A stretch of 61,736 nt of DNA, the filler included, from Globobulimina sp. (lineage: Eukaryota): assembly GCA_003354225.1 (NCBI GenBank). It is 18 parts of 18 records of this genome, joined end to end, with 100 filler letters (N's around TTAATTAATTAA, not from the genome) between each part and the next. Parts side by side here need not be neighbours in the genome. Positions count along the whole stretch, not along the records: positions 10,316 to 13,653 come from PIVH01003039.1; positions 13,754 to 17,091 come from PIVH01003040.1; positions 17,192 to 20,528 come from PIVH01003041.1; positions 20,629 to 23,964 come from PIVH01003042.1; positions 24,065 to 27,400 come from PIVH01003043.1; 13 more parts are not named here. One strand, 5' to 3'. Made by a program: the position numbers and the translations under genes. Position 1 is the stretch's first letter. Each line of letters begins with the position of its first letter. Positions 12,852 through 25,981 of the stretch are shown piece by piece. The notes below the pieces were generated by a model, which worked only from the letters and a program-made list of their open reading frames with translations, ran no database searches and was not told the DNA's origin.

Positions 12852-13653
12852 TTATTCCACTTGCAATTTTTTCCAAGCAGTCAATATTCTTTTCCTATGC
12901 AATCCACTCGGTACAATTTCCTTTAACAGATCGTCATCAATGTCGCCCATAAACCCGCCATCAATGCCATTATCATCAAAAGCCTGTATGTATGGTTTGA
13001 ATGCATTTCCAAATGAGCCCACCCACTCCGACAACTCCTGTTTACTCCATTTCGTTTTCTCCGCAGATGGTATGTGATATACCACAGCCGCTTGTTTTTC
13101 TTCTTGCCGCGGCCGCTGCGGTTGCTGCTGCAGCTGTGCTTGCTGCATTTGTTGAGGCTGTGGCTGAGAGCCGGAATGAGTGTCACTTATATTGTCGCAT
13201 TCATCGGCAGACAACTCTGGCTTCGCAGGCGTAATATGGAACCGTTTGATTTGTATAGTTTGCTGCTCCGTAGAGGTACTGTCATTTTGTTGATGCGCTT
13301 CGTCATCGCTATCACCATGCTGCCACTCAGTCACATCCAATCCATCATCGTTAGTCTCTGACGGCTCGATGTGTGTCGCCACAGTGCCGCCAGACTCACT
13401 TAACCGACTACCAAACTCCACCTTGAACCTATTGATCTGCACAGTTGTATTGTCATGCGAGCCTAGAACGGCATTGTTATTGTCATGCGACATGGACTCA
13501 GACTCACTGAACGACACATGATAGTTTCGCGTCTTGGCGGAGGGTTTGCCGCCATTGGTACCCACGGACATATCGTCCGTGTGCTGCGTGGATGGGTCAT
13601 TGCTATGATGTGAATTGGGCATTACATTGTGCATTCTGGGCCGTTTGGGCGAT
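12852..13653 (-). CDS. Protein with C-terminal SAM domain, 5' partial
   Basis: WSKQELSEWVGSFGNAFKPYIQAFDDNGIDG...LKEIVPSGLHRKRIL is a SAM domain, preceded by disordered sequence. Confidence 0.8.
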
Positions 13654-13753
13654 NNNNNNNNNNNNNNNNNNNNNNNNNNNNNNNNNNNNNNNNNNNNTTA
13701 ATTAATTAANNNNNNNNNNNNNNNNNNNNNNNNNNNNNNNNNNNNNNNNNNNN

Positions 13754-13877
13754 AAATTGCTTCAATTGGATTTTCCAACAATTCATTTAATTCTTTTTTG
13801 ATTCGAATTCTTGCAAATATTGAGTATATCACTGGTGATGGACCTTTCCATGAATTCCTTAATCGAACGGGATGCAT
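13754..13877 (-). CDS. Possible ubiquitin-conjugating enzyme (E2) N-terminus, fragment
   Basis: Reverse-strand translation MHPVRLRNSWKGPSPVIYSIFARIRIKKELNELLENPIEAI. RIKKEL..L..NP resembles E2 helix 1, but the fragment is very short. Confidence 0.45.
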
Positions 13878-14532
13878 GGTTTTCTTTATTAGGAAGCTAG
13901 AGTGAAGATAATTTAACTACTTGCAACATTATCTTCGGACATCCCACAGATAAAAACAACACAAATACAAGTACATGTTTGGAAACACAAAAAAAATAAA
14001 ACCGACACGGAAACATTGCCATTGTTCTGGTGTTTGAAGAAAACCTTACTTTAATACAAACTACTTTTTTTGCATTTCTCCTTCAGTTTGTTGACAGCGC
14101 AAAACAAACAAAATCAATTAAAAACTATAGGACATTTAAACAACACTTATTTCTCTTGCTTTTGTATGTATATACATAATGCACAGAACCTTCCCTCCTT
14201 TCATATCATTTGATGATGACCAATGCAACAAACAAATACCTCATTCGCTTGAAATAATAAATGATGCGGTATTATACATCTCCGGCGAAATACAGAGCAA
14301 ACCAAAGAGATACCCATTGTATGTACCCTGTTTTTTATGCACAATGTGAAATGTTCATTCATCCTCAAAACAAATGATTAGCTCTTCCAAATCCAAACGA
14401 CCGCAGATAGAGGCAATTCTAAGCAATTATATTCTGGATCGTTTACTAAACAAAACAGACAATAATTGGGTGAGGAATTACCTGTTAGGCAGTGTCGAAT
14501 ATTGTTTATTATCCTCCTCAAAAATTGGCAAT

Positions 14533-16989
14533 ATGGAATCCGATGCCAAAGAAGAAAAATCAGCAAAACCAATCGGATTAATTACAAATATATCCTTTCT
14601 AAATTCATTTATCGTTCAATTTCTATCTCACCTCAAACGCATAAAAAATAGCGGTTGGATCAATAGCTACGATGTTTTATTAATTTTATTGTTACGAATT
14701 ATCGATTTACTGCTTGCTGGAGTTAATTAAACTATATTTATTCTCTCATCCTTGCACTCACAAAATACAAATAAAAAAAACACACAAAAACCAGAGCAAA
14801 AACGACAAAGAAAAACAGCGTAGAATGCAAGAGCTACCGTCCAATGATAAATTAATCGAGAAATTATGTATTATTTGCAATCACAATTTACGTTCCTCTG
14901 CGCGTAATATGCTACGCAAATTTTTCACATATCATCAATATTTAATTGAGCCGTTATTTAAAATCTGTAAAACCAAAATGGAGAAATATTACGGTATGAT
15001 CGAGCAACTATTAATCATATTAACCAACAAAAAAACAAACAAATTATGCACTTATTTGATAGTAAATATCGCAAAGAATTTGCACAGATAATTTTGAATG
15101 ATTTTATTGCCGCTAAACAGCCGCCATCGATCCGCGTACGACAAGCTTTCGGTATTTATTTTAGTAAAATAAAAGCCAATGAGTTTAATGACATATTTCT
15201 GAGCGAAATTGCCCGAATGATGAAGCGAAATCCTTCAGAAACCATCAAAACTGTCATTATTATCTTCGCCAATATTAAACATTTAGGCGTTGGTGAGGTC
15301 CACCAACAGTTAGCACCGCTATTTATGAACGAATTAAAAGCAAAGGAAGCAGCGCGGAGACAGGTGGCAGTGGACACATTTAAGTTGTATAGCACCCATT
15401 TATTAGATATTGACGACTTAAAAATCATTATTGAATTACTAAGAAAAGGCGCCTCTTCCTCCTCTGCCAAAGCAGACGAGCGAGATTTATTTATGCATTG
15501 TTTTGTGTATTTACATAAAAATCTGATGAATGTATTAAGTAACGATGGCTATAAAGATGTGAGTGACACATTAATGGCGTCTTTAGTCGCTATATTAAAC
15601 AAAGAGAGTAATAAACAAATCCGTCAGTCCATACTGTCCATCATCAATACCATTGTCAGCAATTTAAAAAAGATTAACATTAATATCCCACAGTCTGTCT
15701 ACCAAATGTTAGTCAGCTGTTTTCATGGCAAAATGTATGGAAATGTCACCATATCCGATACGGTAAGTATCTTAGTCAATATATTGGAGAAAAATGGCGC
15801 AAATAATGAGATATTGATCGATATGATGGTGTCTAGCAAGCAGATCTGGCAGTTATTCACCAAATGTATGACCGCCGCCAAATCCAACCCTAAAAAAGAC
15901 GGCAAAGACGGATTAGCCGCTATGTTGGCCATATTATACGTATGCGATGGCAATGAGAAATTATTTAGTCCCTATAAGCGGATTATATTTGACATCATCA
16001 ATGACTACAAACTCAAATCTTTCGTCAATCATTACGGCTATATCTGGCATGATGGCTGGGATGTGGGTATTTTGCGTGTACAGATCGTCGAGAAATTACT
16101 ACTTAAATCCAACGGCTTTTATATGCAGCAATACAATGTCGCCGATGACCACAATCGTTTTAAAGGTGTCTGGGACTGCTTATTGTATTCCTGCTTACAC
16201 TCTGATTATAGAGTACGTCGGTATGCGTGCGGTGTCATTCGCAGTGTAAATGCTATGCATTTGAAGATTAGTTCCCGTAAAGGGAAGAGCCAATCTTTTG
16301 CGTGTTTGATGGTGAGTTTATTACAGAAATATGTGGTGGATTTATTATGTGGCAATGCGTGTTATATGTACCCTGAAAAAGTGAAAGCTGGCGAGATAAC
16401 GCGGTACGAAGACATCCCGCTTCCCATTGAGTTCAGTGACTGCTTGAAATCCATTGCGGGCAATACGCCCAACAAAGATTGTATTACTTACATCTTATAT
16501 TTATCGCATTTTCCATGGTTTAATACGCAACCTTTGCGTGCTAGCGGTAAACAGCAAAATGTGAAATTATGGAAAAGTATCATCCAACAATGGAGCGGCA
16601 TTCGTAAGAAAAAAAAACAGCAAAAAAGACGCGGGAAAAGACCGAAAAGAGTGTCTGAAGAGAAATCGACGCACATTGACGATAAAAAACGAAGTGCAGA
16701 GTTGCATAAAATATTAATTGATACAATTCATAACAACCAACAGTTAGAGGCCTTAATCCGTACTGATTTAACTCGTATAAAATATCCCATTGCACAGTCA
16801 GCAATTATGGATACCATCGCTTGTGTATTTAAATTATCGCCACGTTTAATCACAGAAAATGATCGGATATTAGCTACGATTGACACCGCCTTGAATGGCA
16901 GCAATGCGATATTAGATTTCACCGAGAAAGAAAAGCAAATATGTTATACGCCGGAAGGGGCGTTATGTACTTTTGAAGATGATATCTAA
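14533..16989 (+). CDS. GCN1: GCN1-like HEAT-repeat protein, N-terminal portion; intron 14722-14794, frame break near 15030
   Basis: EFNDIFLSEIARMMKRNPSETIKTV...NELKAKEAARRQVAV and FTEKEKQICYTPEGAL resemble conserved N-terminal GCN1 blocks. The protein is helical and Leu/Ile rich. Confidence 0.65.
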
Positions 16990-17330
16990 TAGCGCCAGGG
17001 ATTCTTTGGTAATTAAAGGGGACGTATGTGTAAAGGGGCCTGCTCAAATCAGCATACTGTTCATACAATACATTTTGAAAGCTTTTTTTGTNNNNNNNNN
17101 NNNNNNNNNNNNNNNNNNNNNNNNNNNNNNNNNNNTTAATTAATTAANNNNNNNNNNNNNNNNNNNNNNNNNNNNNNNNNNNNNNNNNNNNTCTGTGCTG
17201 GCATGGTTTTCTCCATCGGTTATTTACTATGTACTTCTAGCCGAATGATACAACCTGGAGATATTTTCGGAACTATACACAACCTATCCCTTTGTGGTCT
17301 AATAATTGAGCGTATACTGAATTTAGCAAC

Positions 17331-18263
17331 TTGCTCAATTGTTGTTGCCGACAATATGACAGAGACAATGAGATAATATGTATGATCACTGCAGGAAGGA
17401 ATGGCTTATCGCCTAAGTTTGTGCAATGGATAAAGTCATTGGACAATGTAGATCGAGTTATATATTCGTCGTGTAATCAGAAAGTTACATTTCGAGAAAT
17501 ACAATGGTTCTTAAAAGGGGATAATGGATTTATTATCCATGATTATTGCATCTTAGATATGCATCCATCCACATCATATAATACTTTTTTTGCATGCTTT
17601 AAAAAGAAACGCAAATATAATAAGACATTGATTATTCCAATCGGTGGTTATAAAGTCGGCAAAACGTATTTTATTGAACATTTACAAAAAAGCATGGCAA
17701 TGAATGATGATGATGGTGACAGTGAAATTATGCATTTTAATCGAGATAATATATTTTATAGCTGTAAAGCAAATAATTTATCATTTAAAAAATCTAAACA
17801 ATTAACGCATGAGCAGCTGGATGGAGTGTTATTAAATTGTAATAAGAATATCTTGTATTTGGATAGTACCAACACACAAAAAGATGCGCGATTATATTAT
17901 TGTGATAAATTTAGGCCCAACAAACTGATTTTGATAAATTTTGTGATGGATCCAAACATGGAGAGTAATGACAAAAATGTTTTGTTGCAACAAATGGTGG
18001 AAAATGGAAATGATTATCGAATTAAAAATAGTATTCCAATGGATGATAAACATATGGATATTGCGAAGATGGTGGAATTATATCAAAGTGTATGGGATAA
18101 CCTGCAGGAAGTGGATGAAAATGAATTGGCACATATTAGATCTACAATAAATACTAATAAGATGATTGATATTGTAGTGTTTGAGATTGATGTCACTGAT
18201 TTTAGTTTTAGAGCGGATTTATGTTTTAATATAATGCAACGAATATTTTGTAATGCAATGTAG
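17331..18263 (+). CDS. TrmA/RlmD-like RNA m5U methyltransferase C-terminal motifs fused to a P-loop (PNK/AAA_33-like) kinase domain; 5' partial
   Basis: TAGRNGL...RVIYSSCN...ILDMHPST has the spacing of DPPRxGL / YVSCN / DMFPxT. It is followed in frame by IIPIGGYKVGKT, FNRD and LYLDSTNTQKDAR. Confidence 0.65.
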   Translation: MLNCCCRQYDRDNEIICMITAGRNGLSPKFVQWIKSLDNVDRVIYSSCNQKVTFREIQWFLKGDNGFIIHDYCILDMHPSTSYNTFFACFKKKRKYNKTLIIPIGGYKVGKTYFIEHLQKSMAMNDDDGDSEIMHFNRDNIFYSCKANNLSFKKSKQLTHEQLDGVLLNCNKNILYLDSTNTQKDARLYYCDKFRPNKLILINFVMDPNMESNDKNVLLQQMVENGNDYRIKNSIPMDDKHMDIAKMVELYQSVWDNLQEVDENELAHIRSTINTNKMIDIVVFEIDVTDFSFRADLCFNIMQRIFCNAM

Positions 18264-18643
18264 ATCAGAATCCAACACAAAACCCAACAATTAAACATCG
18301 CAATAATTAGTAAGAGACGATTGAACTCATTGAAGATGCAGTACTGTATATGATGTATTGTGTAACCGATCGCGACGATAACAAATTAAAGATGACTAAA
18401 TCACCTGTAAATGATTAGTTTTTTGTATATATATGAGCTAGCTTGACAAAATTGAACCGTAATTACAAAAATTCCATGGAGCTGGATTATAATTTATATA
18501 GATCAAACAGGCTGAAACAGGGCACAATTAAAACTACAAAATGGAAATGATACAGTAAACAATTGCCAAACCGATATATATATTGATCAACACAAACACA
18601 ACCAAAAAAAAACAATTATAAAACACTTTTTTGAGTAACATCA

Positions 18644-20528
18644 TCAAAATTGTTGCAGTAATTTAATTACATCTTTTGCACTCGGACGCAATGAAGCCGT
18701 TTGATTCCACATTGTAATAATTAAATCTTTCCATTCATTATAATTTGTTTTATTTTTGAATATTTTCACATCAATTCTTGGTCTTTTTTTTTGTGTCACC
18801 ACAGCCACAGACGCCTGGATACCATTTAACCGATATGATATAAAAGGAATTAATGACGTTTTTAATTCCCAAAATATCATTGCCAGACTATATATGTCGG
18901 ATTTTTCATCATATTTCTTACCTTTGATCACTTCCGGAGCCATCCATTGGAAGGTTCCGGTTCCCGCAGTTAACGTGGATTGATCCTTCATTCGCGATAA
19001 GCCAAAATCAGTGAGGCGTGGTTCATAATGTTTATCTAACAAAATATTGGCACTCTTCAAGTCCCGATGTATGATGTCATTCTCATGCAAATGTGATACA
19101 CCTTTGGTTGCACCAAACGCAATTTTTATCTCCTTATCAACGCTTAATTTGACTCTCGTATTATGCAATAAATCAAATAAGCTCATTGCTAATAATTCAG
19201 TGACAATGCACATATGCGGTGCTTTGGTGCATGCACCTATAAATTTGGTAATATTGGGATGTTTTATTCGTCGCATTATCTCAATCTCGGATGAAAATTC
19301 AGATAAATTGTGTTGGGTCAAATTTTGATTAATCAATTTCTTAATCGCTACCTTCCCCTCCTCGTCGTCATCACTCTCACTAAATTCGTCTTGACTCGCT
19401 AAGTTATGCTTCATTTTGCCGCTAAATACTTCGGCAAATCCACCAATTCCGATCCGTTCAATGATGATAAGATCCGCCCATCGCAGTTCATCCTCCTGCG
19501 CTACTTTCACCTTTGCTTCCTCCTCGATTTTGTGCTCATTGTTGACAATCAATAATATGTCATCATTGTCATGGCCGTGCATATGCCCATTATACACACT
19601 CGAATGCGTAGAACTCGATTCAAACGATGTAGATATCGCGCGATTGGTTAATATATCGGCGATCTCGTCGGAGTGTAAAGTGGCAAAGGGGTTGACGGGG
19701 GAGGTCGGATGCGTGGTGTTATGGAGACCAATATTTGTATCCGAAGATATGGAGCGTGACAAGGCACGAAAGGATAACTCTTCCTTCACTTCATCCTCTT
19801 CTTCGTCCTCCAGATTCAGCATTTCCTGATCTATCTGTTCTATTTGTATGGTGGGGTGAAGTCGTGCGTGGTCCCCGGAGGACACTGAGAGTTGATTCAG
19901 AATGGATGGGGTCGGTGGAAACGGAATAGTGACATTGGGGGAGGAATTAAATATATGCGCCGATGGTCCATTCTTATCTAAATTTGTGGAACGAGAGCGA
20001 CCATGTTTTTGTTTCGCAGGTTCCTGGTTGACATCTTTTTGCGTTTTCGACCTTTTTAAGGATAAATGAGTATAGGTCTGATCGTCACGAATAGGAATAG
20101 TGGCGGACGAATCTGGTTTGATGGATAATTTATTGTTATTATTTTCCTGATTGATAATATTTACAAAATAATTCACTAATTCTCGATTAAAGGCAGAGAG
20201 ATTGGGCGCAAAGGAAGATGGCGGGTAAATATCTAGCAATGCAATAGAGGATATTTTCGGTACGTGTTTGGGGAATTGTTTGGTATCAATATCGATACAG
20301 TTCCACACCCTGAGGGCCACATTTTGTATGCGGGTCACCACCGCAATCAGAGAGATCATAAAATCTTTATATTTATCGCTGTAAATGGAGGTTTTCTTCT
20401 TACCGAAGGAGATGCGCAATAAGCCAATAATCCACGTCGTGATCAGATATAAGGAGTGTAAGTCTTCAAATAGTGGAATTAAACAATTATTTAAGATGTT
20501 GCCTACGCCCACATTGCCGTTATTATTG
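18644..20528 (-). CDS. TKL-family (Raf/MLK-like) protein kinase, 5' partial
   Basis: IGIGGFAEV, VAIKKL, HRDLKSANILL, DFGLSR and GTFQWMAPE motifs. Confidence 0.92.
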
Positions 20529-20628
20529 NNNNNNNNNNNNNNNNNNNNNNNNNNNNNNNNNNNNNNNNNNNNTTAATTAATTAANNNNNNNNNNNNNNNN
20601 NNNNNNNNNNNNNNNNNNNNNNNNNNNN

Positions 20629-23600
20629 GACGACGCCGCCGACCATCATTGTGACAAACATGTACTTACAGATCAATGTATACATATTCCAAAAGGAATC
20701 GAATAAAATTAATCAGAGTGTGTTTGAAATGGGCAATGCCAACACGCAGATGAACGATATGACGTTAGCTGGGAATACATTGTTAATCCGAATTGTACAT
20801 GTCATTGACTTAGACATTCAAAGCTCTTCAATCACAGATATGTCCGGTATTGATTATGGAGCTGCTGCAAATATATCTGATGGCAGTTCTTTCTCTGTTA
20901 TAACAGTCACTGATACAAATTTTACAAATTCTCTTATTTTATCCACTGTGTACTATGCTATACAAGCATATATTGCTCCAAATGATCAAATTCGTATTCT
21001 AAATTGTACCATTACGGCATTACCAGTGACAATATACCCACAAACATTACCTGCGTTGACCAATAATGATGCAAACATTGTGCAAATATTATTCGATTCT
21101 GCTAATTTTCTGCATATGTCGGGCGAGAATGCATTTTATTTTGATAATTTAGGAAAAGGCTGGTATCCTAATGTCACGTTTATAAATAGTAAATTCTCAA
21201 ATTCTGAAATAAATATCAATGAAATGGGCAATATCTCACAACCTGCATTTGCTTCAAGTATAACATTGCAAGATTGTATATTTAGTGATATTAATGGCAT
21301 TGTCATACAACATACATTTTTAGTTGCACCGATTGCAAGCATTGGATTGGTATCTGCTGTATTGAAAGATGCCGTATTTGCTTATCCCTTTCTAAAGACA
21401 CAATTGTCAGATAGTACAACCTATCCATGTGAGCTGTTGCCTTCCTTTACCACCCATTCTTTGTACAGCTCCCAATTTAGTGGCAATACGTTATCAAACT
21501 CATTGTTTGAGTTGGAATGTTCATCATTATTAATTGAACGCAGTTCTTTTCACAGCAACACAGGCAATGGAAATGAGATCGGTTTATTTGATATTAGCGG
21601 TGGTAATGACATGTATATCGCAGATTCTGTATTCAACGACAACGGCTTTGATTATTATGGATTAATATTTGATTATGGCGGTATTGTGCAATATGAATTA
21701 AACGCAATCATCGATATAAACAATTGCACATTCCAACGAAACACCGCATTACGAGGGTCTGTCCTCACTGTCGATTACAATGCAAATGAAACGATATATT
21801 ATGGTTCGGAATTAGTGTTGTTTTCAAATTGTACATTTATAGCAAACACCGCCAATGATCGTGGTGGCATTATTTATGTCAATGTAAAGGACACGAACTA
21901 TACAAAAGAAATACAGATTGTGGAGTCAGATATTATGAACAACACCGCCACCAATCTCGGAGGGGCCATATACGCCAAAGATTTAAGTATTTCAATAACA
22001 TCTTGTGTTATTAAAGGCAATTCTGCGCAAATAGCAGGCGGCGCGATGGCTGTAATGAGTGATAAATGCGATTCTCGATCCAACACGTTAGCCATTACCG
22101 GGTCAACCCGTATTAGTGGCCATCATAGCTCACAAATTGGCGGGGCGATAATTATTGGATGTGCTGAATTAATGATTGGCGCAGCCTCCAACGATACAGA
22201 CACAAATGTGTTTATTGATGACAATACAGCCATGAGCAGAGGTGGAGCAATTCATGCACATCATTCCTGTATATCCGCTCATGAGAATGCAGAAATATAT
22301 TTGACTGATAACACGGCGAATTATGGCGCTGCTTTATCATTTGGTGCTGGTGTTGCCGATGGAAATACGTATTGTGATTCTACATTGGATGCATACTTTA
22401 TTAGTTTTGAAAATAACATTGCACGCAAACACGGCGCTGCTGTCCACGTATCATATGCACCATACACTATCTATGAGAATATAAGCACTGTATTGTCGTC
22501 ATTACCTGCCGAGTTATCATATTATGACGAAACATGTGAACTGTCGGACTACACAGCGTTAATCATTGCCAATGCGGATTTTAAGAGAACAACAGCGGAG
22601 CAATATGGATCTGCGGTTACTGTGGAATATGAATTATTTAATGACAGCCGTGTGATCGAGGCATGGTCTGCCGGCCTATCCGTCTCTGTTACTATCGAAA
22701 ATTCAATATTTCAGAACAATTATATTGATGGCAAGTATATGTTTGGTGGTGCAGCAATTACATACTTCGCCCATCATAATGAGAGTGTATCCAATGAATT
22801 AGTTGTCAATAACTGCGATTTTATAGGCAATAAAGCATCTACATCTAAATACGGTGTTATATGGTTAGATTTAGATATTTGTGTCGGTGATTTGCTGAGT
22901 TATGACGCAGAGAACTGTACATGTTATGAACGCTACGAAGATGATATTAACGTTAATTTTGATATTATAAACTCAACATTTTCCAAATCAAAAGCGAAAT
23001 TTGGCGGCGCCATATTCAGTAAAATGCCGTCTAAAATTCGTAACAACACATTTGAGGATAATAATGCTATGGAAGGCGGTGCTGTTTATGTTGGCTGTGC
23101 GCGCGATGTAGAAATCATAAGTTGTACGTTTGCAAATGTACATTGTTTGACGCATGGAGGTGCTGCATATTTTAATAGCATTAAACATTCACTGATCACG
23201 TCCTCTGTATTTAAACAATGCGATGCTCCCTTTGGTGGTGGTGCTGTTGCATTCAATTTGCATCCCGTATCTAATTCAAATATTAGCATTGGAGATGGAA
23301 CCATTTTTTCAAATAATAAAGCTTCTTTTGGCTCCGCTATATTGCTGAGTGCACACAAAATAATGACGATTACGGATCCCGTGACAGTGGCAATCGGTGG
23401 GAATTCATCCAGCATTGTTACGATAAGATTAAGCACATTGAATGTGACCCAATTCACCACTCCATATATATTTATTGTGTTAGTACCATCAGATAACAGC
23501 ACAGCGGATCAATTAGAATGGAAGTCAGCGTATGAATGGACCGATGATGATTTACCGTTAGTAAATGACAAGGAACGGTTTAAAAAATCAAAAGTGGCCG

Positions 23601-23964
23601 ATTCCAGGTTCATGTCACCATTGTTTGTGCCGTTAAAATTAAAAAACACCAATGATGAATGGACTGAGTGGACGATATCAAACAAAGATGGCTGGGGGCA
23701 TTGGAGTATGGATCTAAACTTTAGTAATTTCATGGATGCTTTGTCCAATCCTCCATTGACAACGCAAATGTCACTTGATGTGTTTTTAGCGGCGTATAAA
23801 TTTATTGCTGCTGATGATACCAATTCGGGCAAATCGTTTACAATGAGAATGAATGGCGTTATATTTGATAGTAATAATGCTAATGCGTTATCGACTGTGT
23901 ATATCAATGAGGATTCGTATCGCGATGTTGATATTTCAATGATTGATGTCAATTTTACACGTAA
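20629..23964 (+). CDS. Second Pmp-like beta-helix protein, partial at both ends
   Basis: Open frame of about 1100 aa with many FxxN + GGA(I/M/V) repeats (FIANTANDRGGII, NNTATNLGGAI, FEDNNAMEGGAV). Confidence 0.78.
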
Positions 23965-24166
23965 NNNNNNNNNNNNNNNNNNNNNNNNNNNNNNNNNNNN
24001 NNNNNNNNTTAATTAATTAANNNNNNNNNNNNNNNNNNNNNNNNNNNNNNNNNNNNNNNNNNNNAACAAGGAAGACATGATATGATATGATGTTCTTTGT
24101 GCAAGGACACAGAATCTAAAACCTTAATTAAAAAATAAGTATAAACAATGGACACATGTCATTTTA

Positions 24167-25839
24167 TCAAATTTCATTATTTAAATTCCGTTGAATATCA
24201 TTAAATAAAAATTTTTTATCAACATTATTATCAAAATTGTGTTTGTTTGCATAATAACTCCCAAAAACAAAAGTAGACGACAGGCAAAATACAACCAACA
24301 ATCCACAAGCTACATATCCACCAATTTGCAACAAATAGGCATAAAACTGTGTATCCACAATCTCCGATTTAAAACTGGCGGCTTGCGACTGCGTTAACTG
24401 TGTACATTCACTTAATTCCACCATCGGCACAACAACACCATCAGGAACTCTCCTATACGCAGCAGCAAACGCCGTATCATTCTTAATCCACGGAATTGAG
24501 TGTATCACAGTATTAATTTGCAACGACTTATTCGCTCTAAGTATAGCTCCAGTCATTGGCTCCAAATCAATGTATGGCAAATCCCTATCCCATAAAGGAT
24601 ATGGCAGCCCCATCTTCACTGAATTAGCAATTAACCGATCATCCCCACCTAAAAAAAACGGCAATGACACAAATAACGGTAAGCCGTTCGAGCAGTTAGT
24701 TAGATTTTCAATGCCTGCAAACTCAAATTGAAAGAACTGCTGATTTGGAGGATATTGTTTGTTGGTATCAAACTGTGGGCTGTCTTGCACCGTATATCGA
24801 TACAGCTCAATGCCTTTCCAATGATACGAATAGTTATAATCTATGGCAATATTCTTGGCCAAAGAAGCGACGAACGCGGACTGGACATCATGTTTCTGAA
24901 TCGAATCAAGTCCAAAATAGTCGTGATGTCCAGTGTTGAGCGGATAAGCTGGGTTCCAACAATCGACATAGGCTCCAAACTTGCCATAATATTGCAATTC
25001 GCCCATTCGTTTGTTGTCAGAATTGCCGGTATTGGTGACCTCGTGCGATGAGTGCGAAGTGTTACTGCCATTACCTAATAACCCAAAGGATATTGTTTCA
25101 TTCACCCAAAAGGTGTGGTTTTTAATATGAATGGGAATGTGCGGAGTATAGATATGGAACAATAAATCCTTGGCAGTGCCGGACCAAAATAAGATGTGCG
25201 ATATATTGACATGTTTTAAATTCTTTTCTAATTCCTTCATTGCTACACTTTTTTTGCTAAATCCGGTATGCCACGCTTGCGAATAATATAAGGCGCCAAT
25301 TAACGGTGAAATTATAGTTATTTCGGCGTTTGGATCTAAATAAGAACGCTCTTTGTTGTATCTGTAGATTTATTTTATATTTAATTTGAGGTAAAAATGC
25401 GAATAAGCGGTTAAAATATAATTAAAAGGTACGTGTAGTATTCATGTGTGTTGTGGCGAGCCCATTCTTTATCGTTGGAGAAGGATATATTAAATTTGAC
25501 ACTCATCTCGTTATAGACCATTGGTGGTGTTATCTGTAATTGAGGCAAAGCGCCCTTATGGATTACGTCATATTTATTGGTGACATTGAAAAATCTACAT
25601 TCCATCCAGGGCACAACAGAGTCGCTCTTTGTGTTTGCAGACCAAGAGTCAAAGCCGGCGGATGTATTGCTAGTAATGATGAGGGCATCGCGAATGCCAT
25701 CTTTTACTTTTCTTCTAATTAATTGTGGGAGAAACGCAATTTGAATCGACAATATTATCAAAAGAAATCCACAAAAACACCATGCGCATCTGGTTAGTTT
25801 TGTTTTTTTATTGTTTGATGGTTGTGGTTGTTCCTCCAT
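24167..25839 (-). CDS. CD36/LIMP-II class B scavenger receptor; intron 25362-25432
   Basis: N- and C-terminal TM helices, with FFNVTN, WKGIELYRY, PLFVSLPFFLGGD and DLEPMTGAILRANKSLQIN motifs. An in-phase intron joins the two ORFs. Confidence 0.88.
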
Positions 25840-25981
25840 TGCAAGGACGAGTTTTTTAAAATTAGTTCTTCAAAACACTAAGAAATCAATTTGTACGTTC
25901 GATCAATGTTTAATTATAAGACAAATATACATAACATCGAATATGGATATGAAGTTGCTTAATCATTTTTATTTTAGTTTA

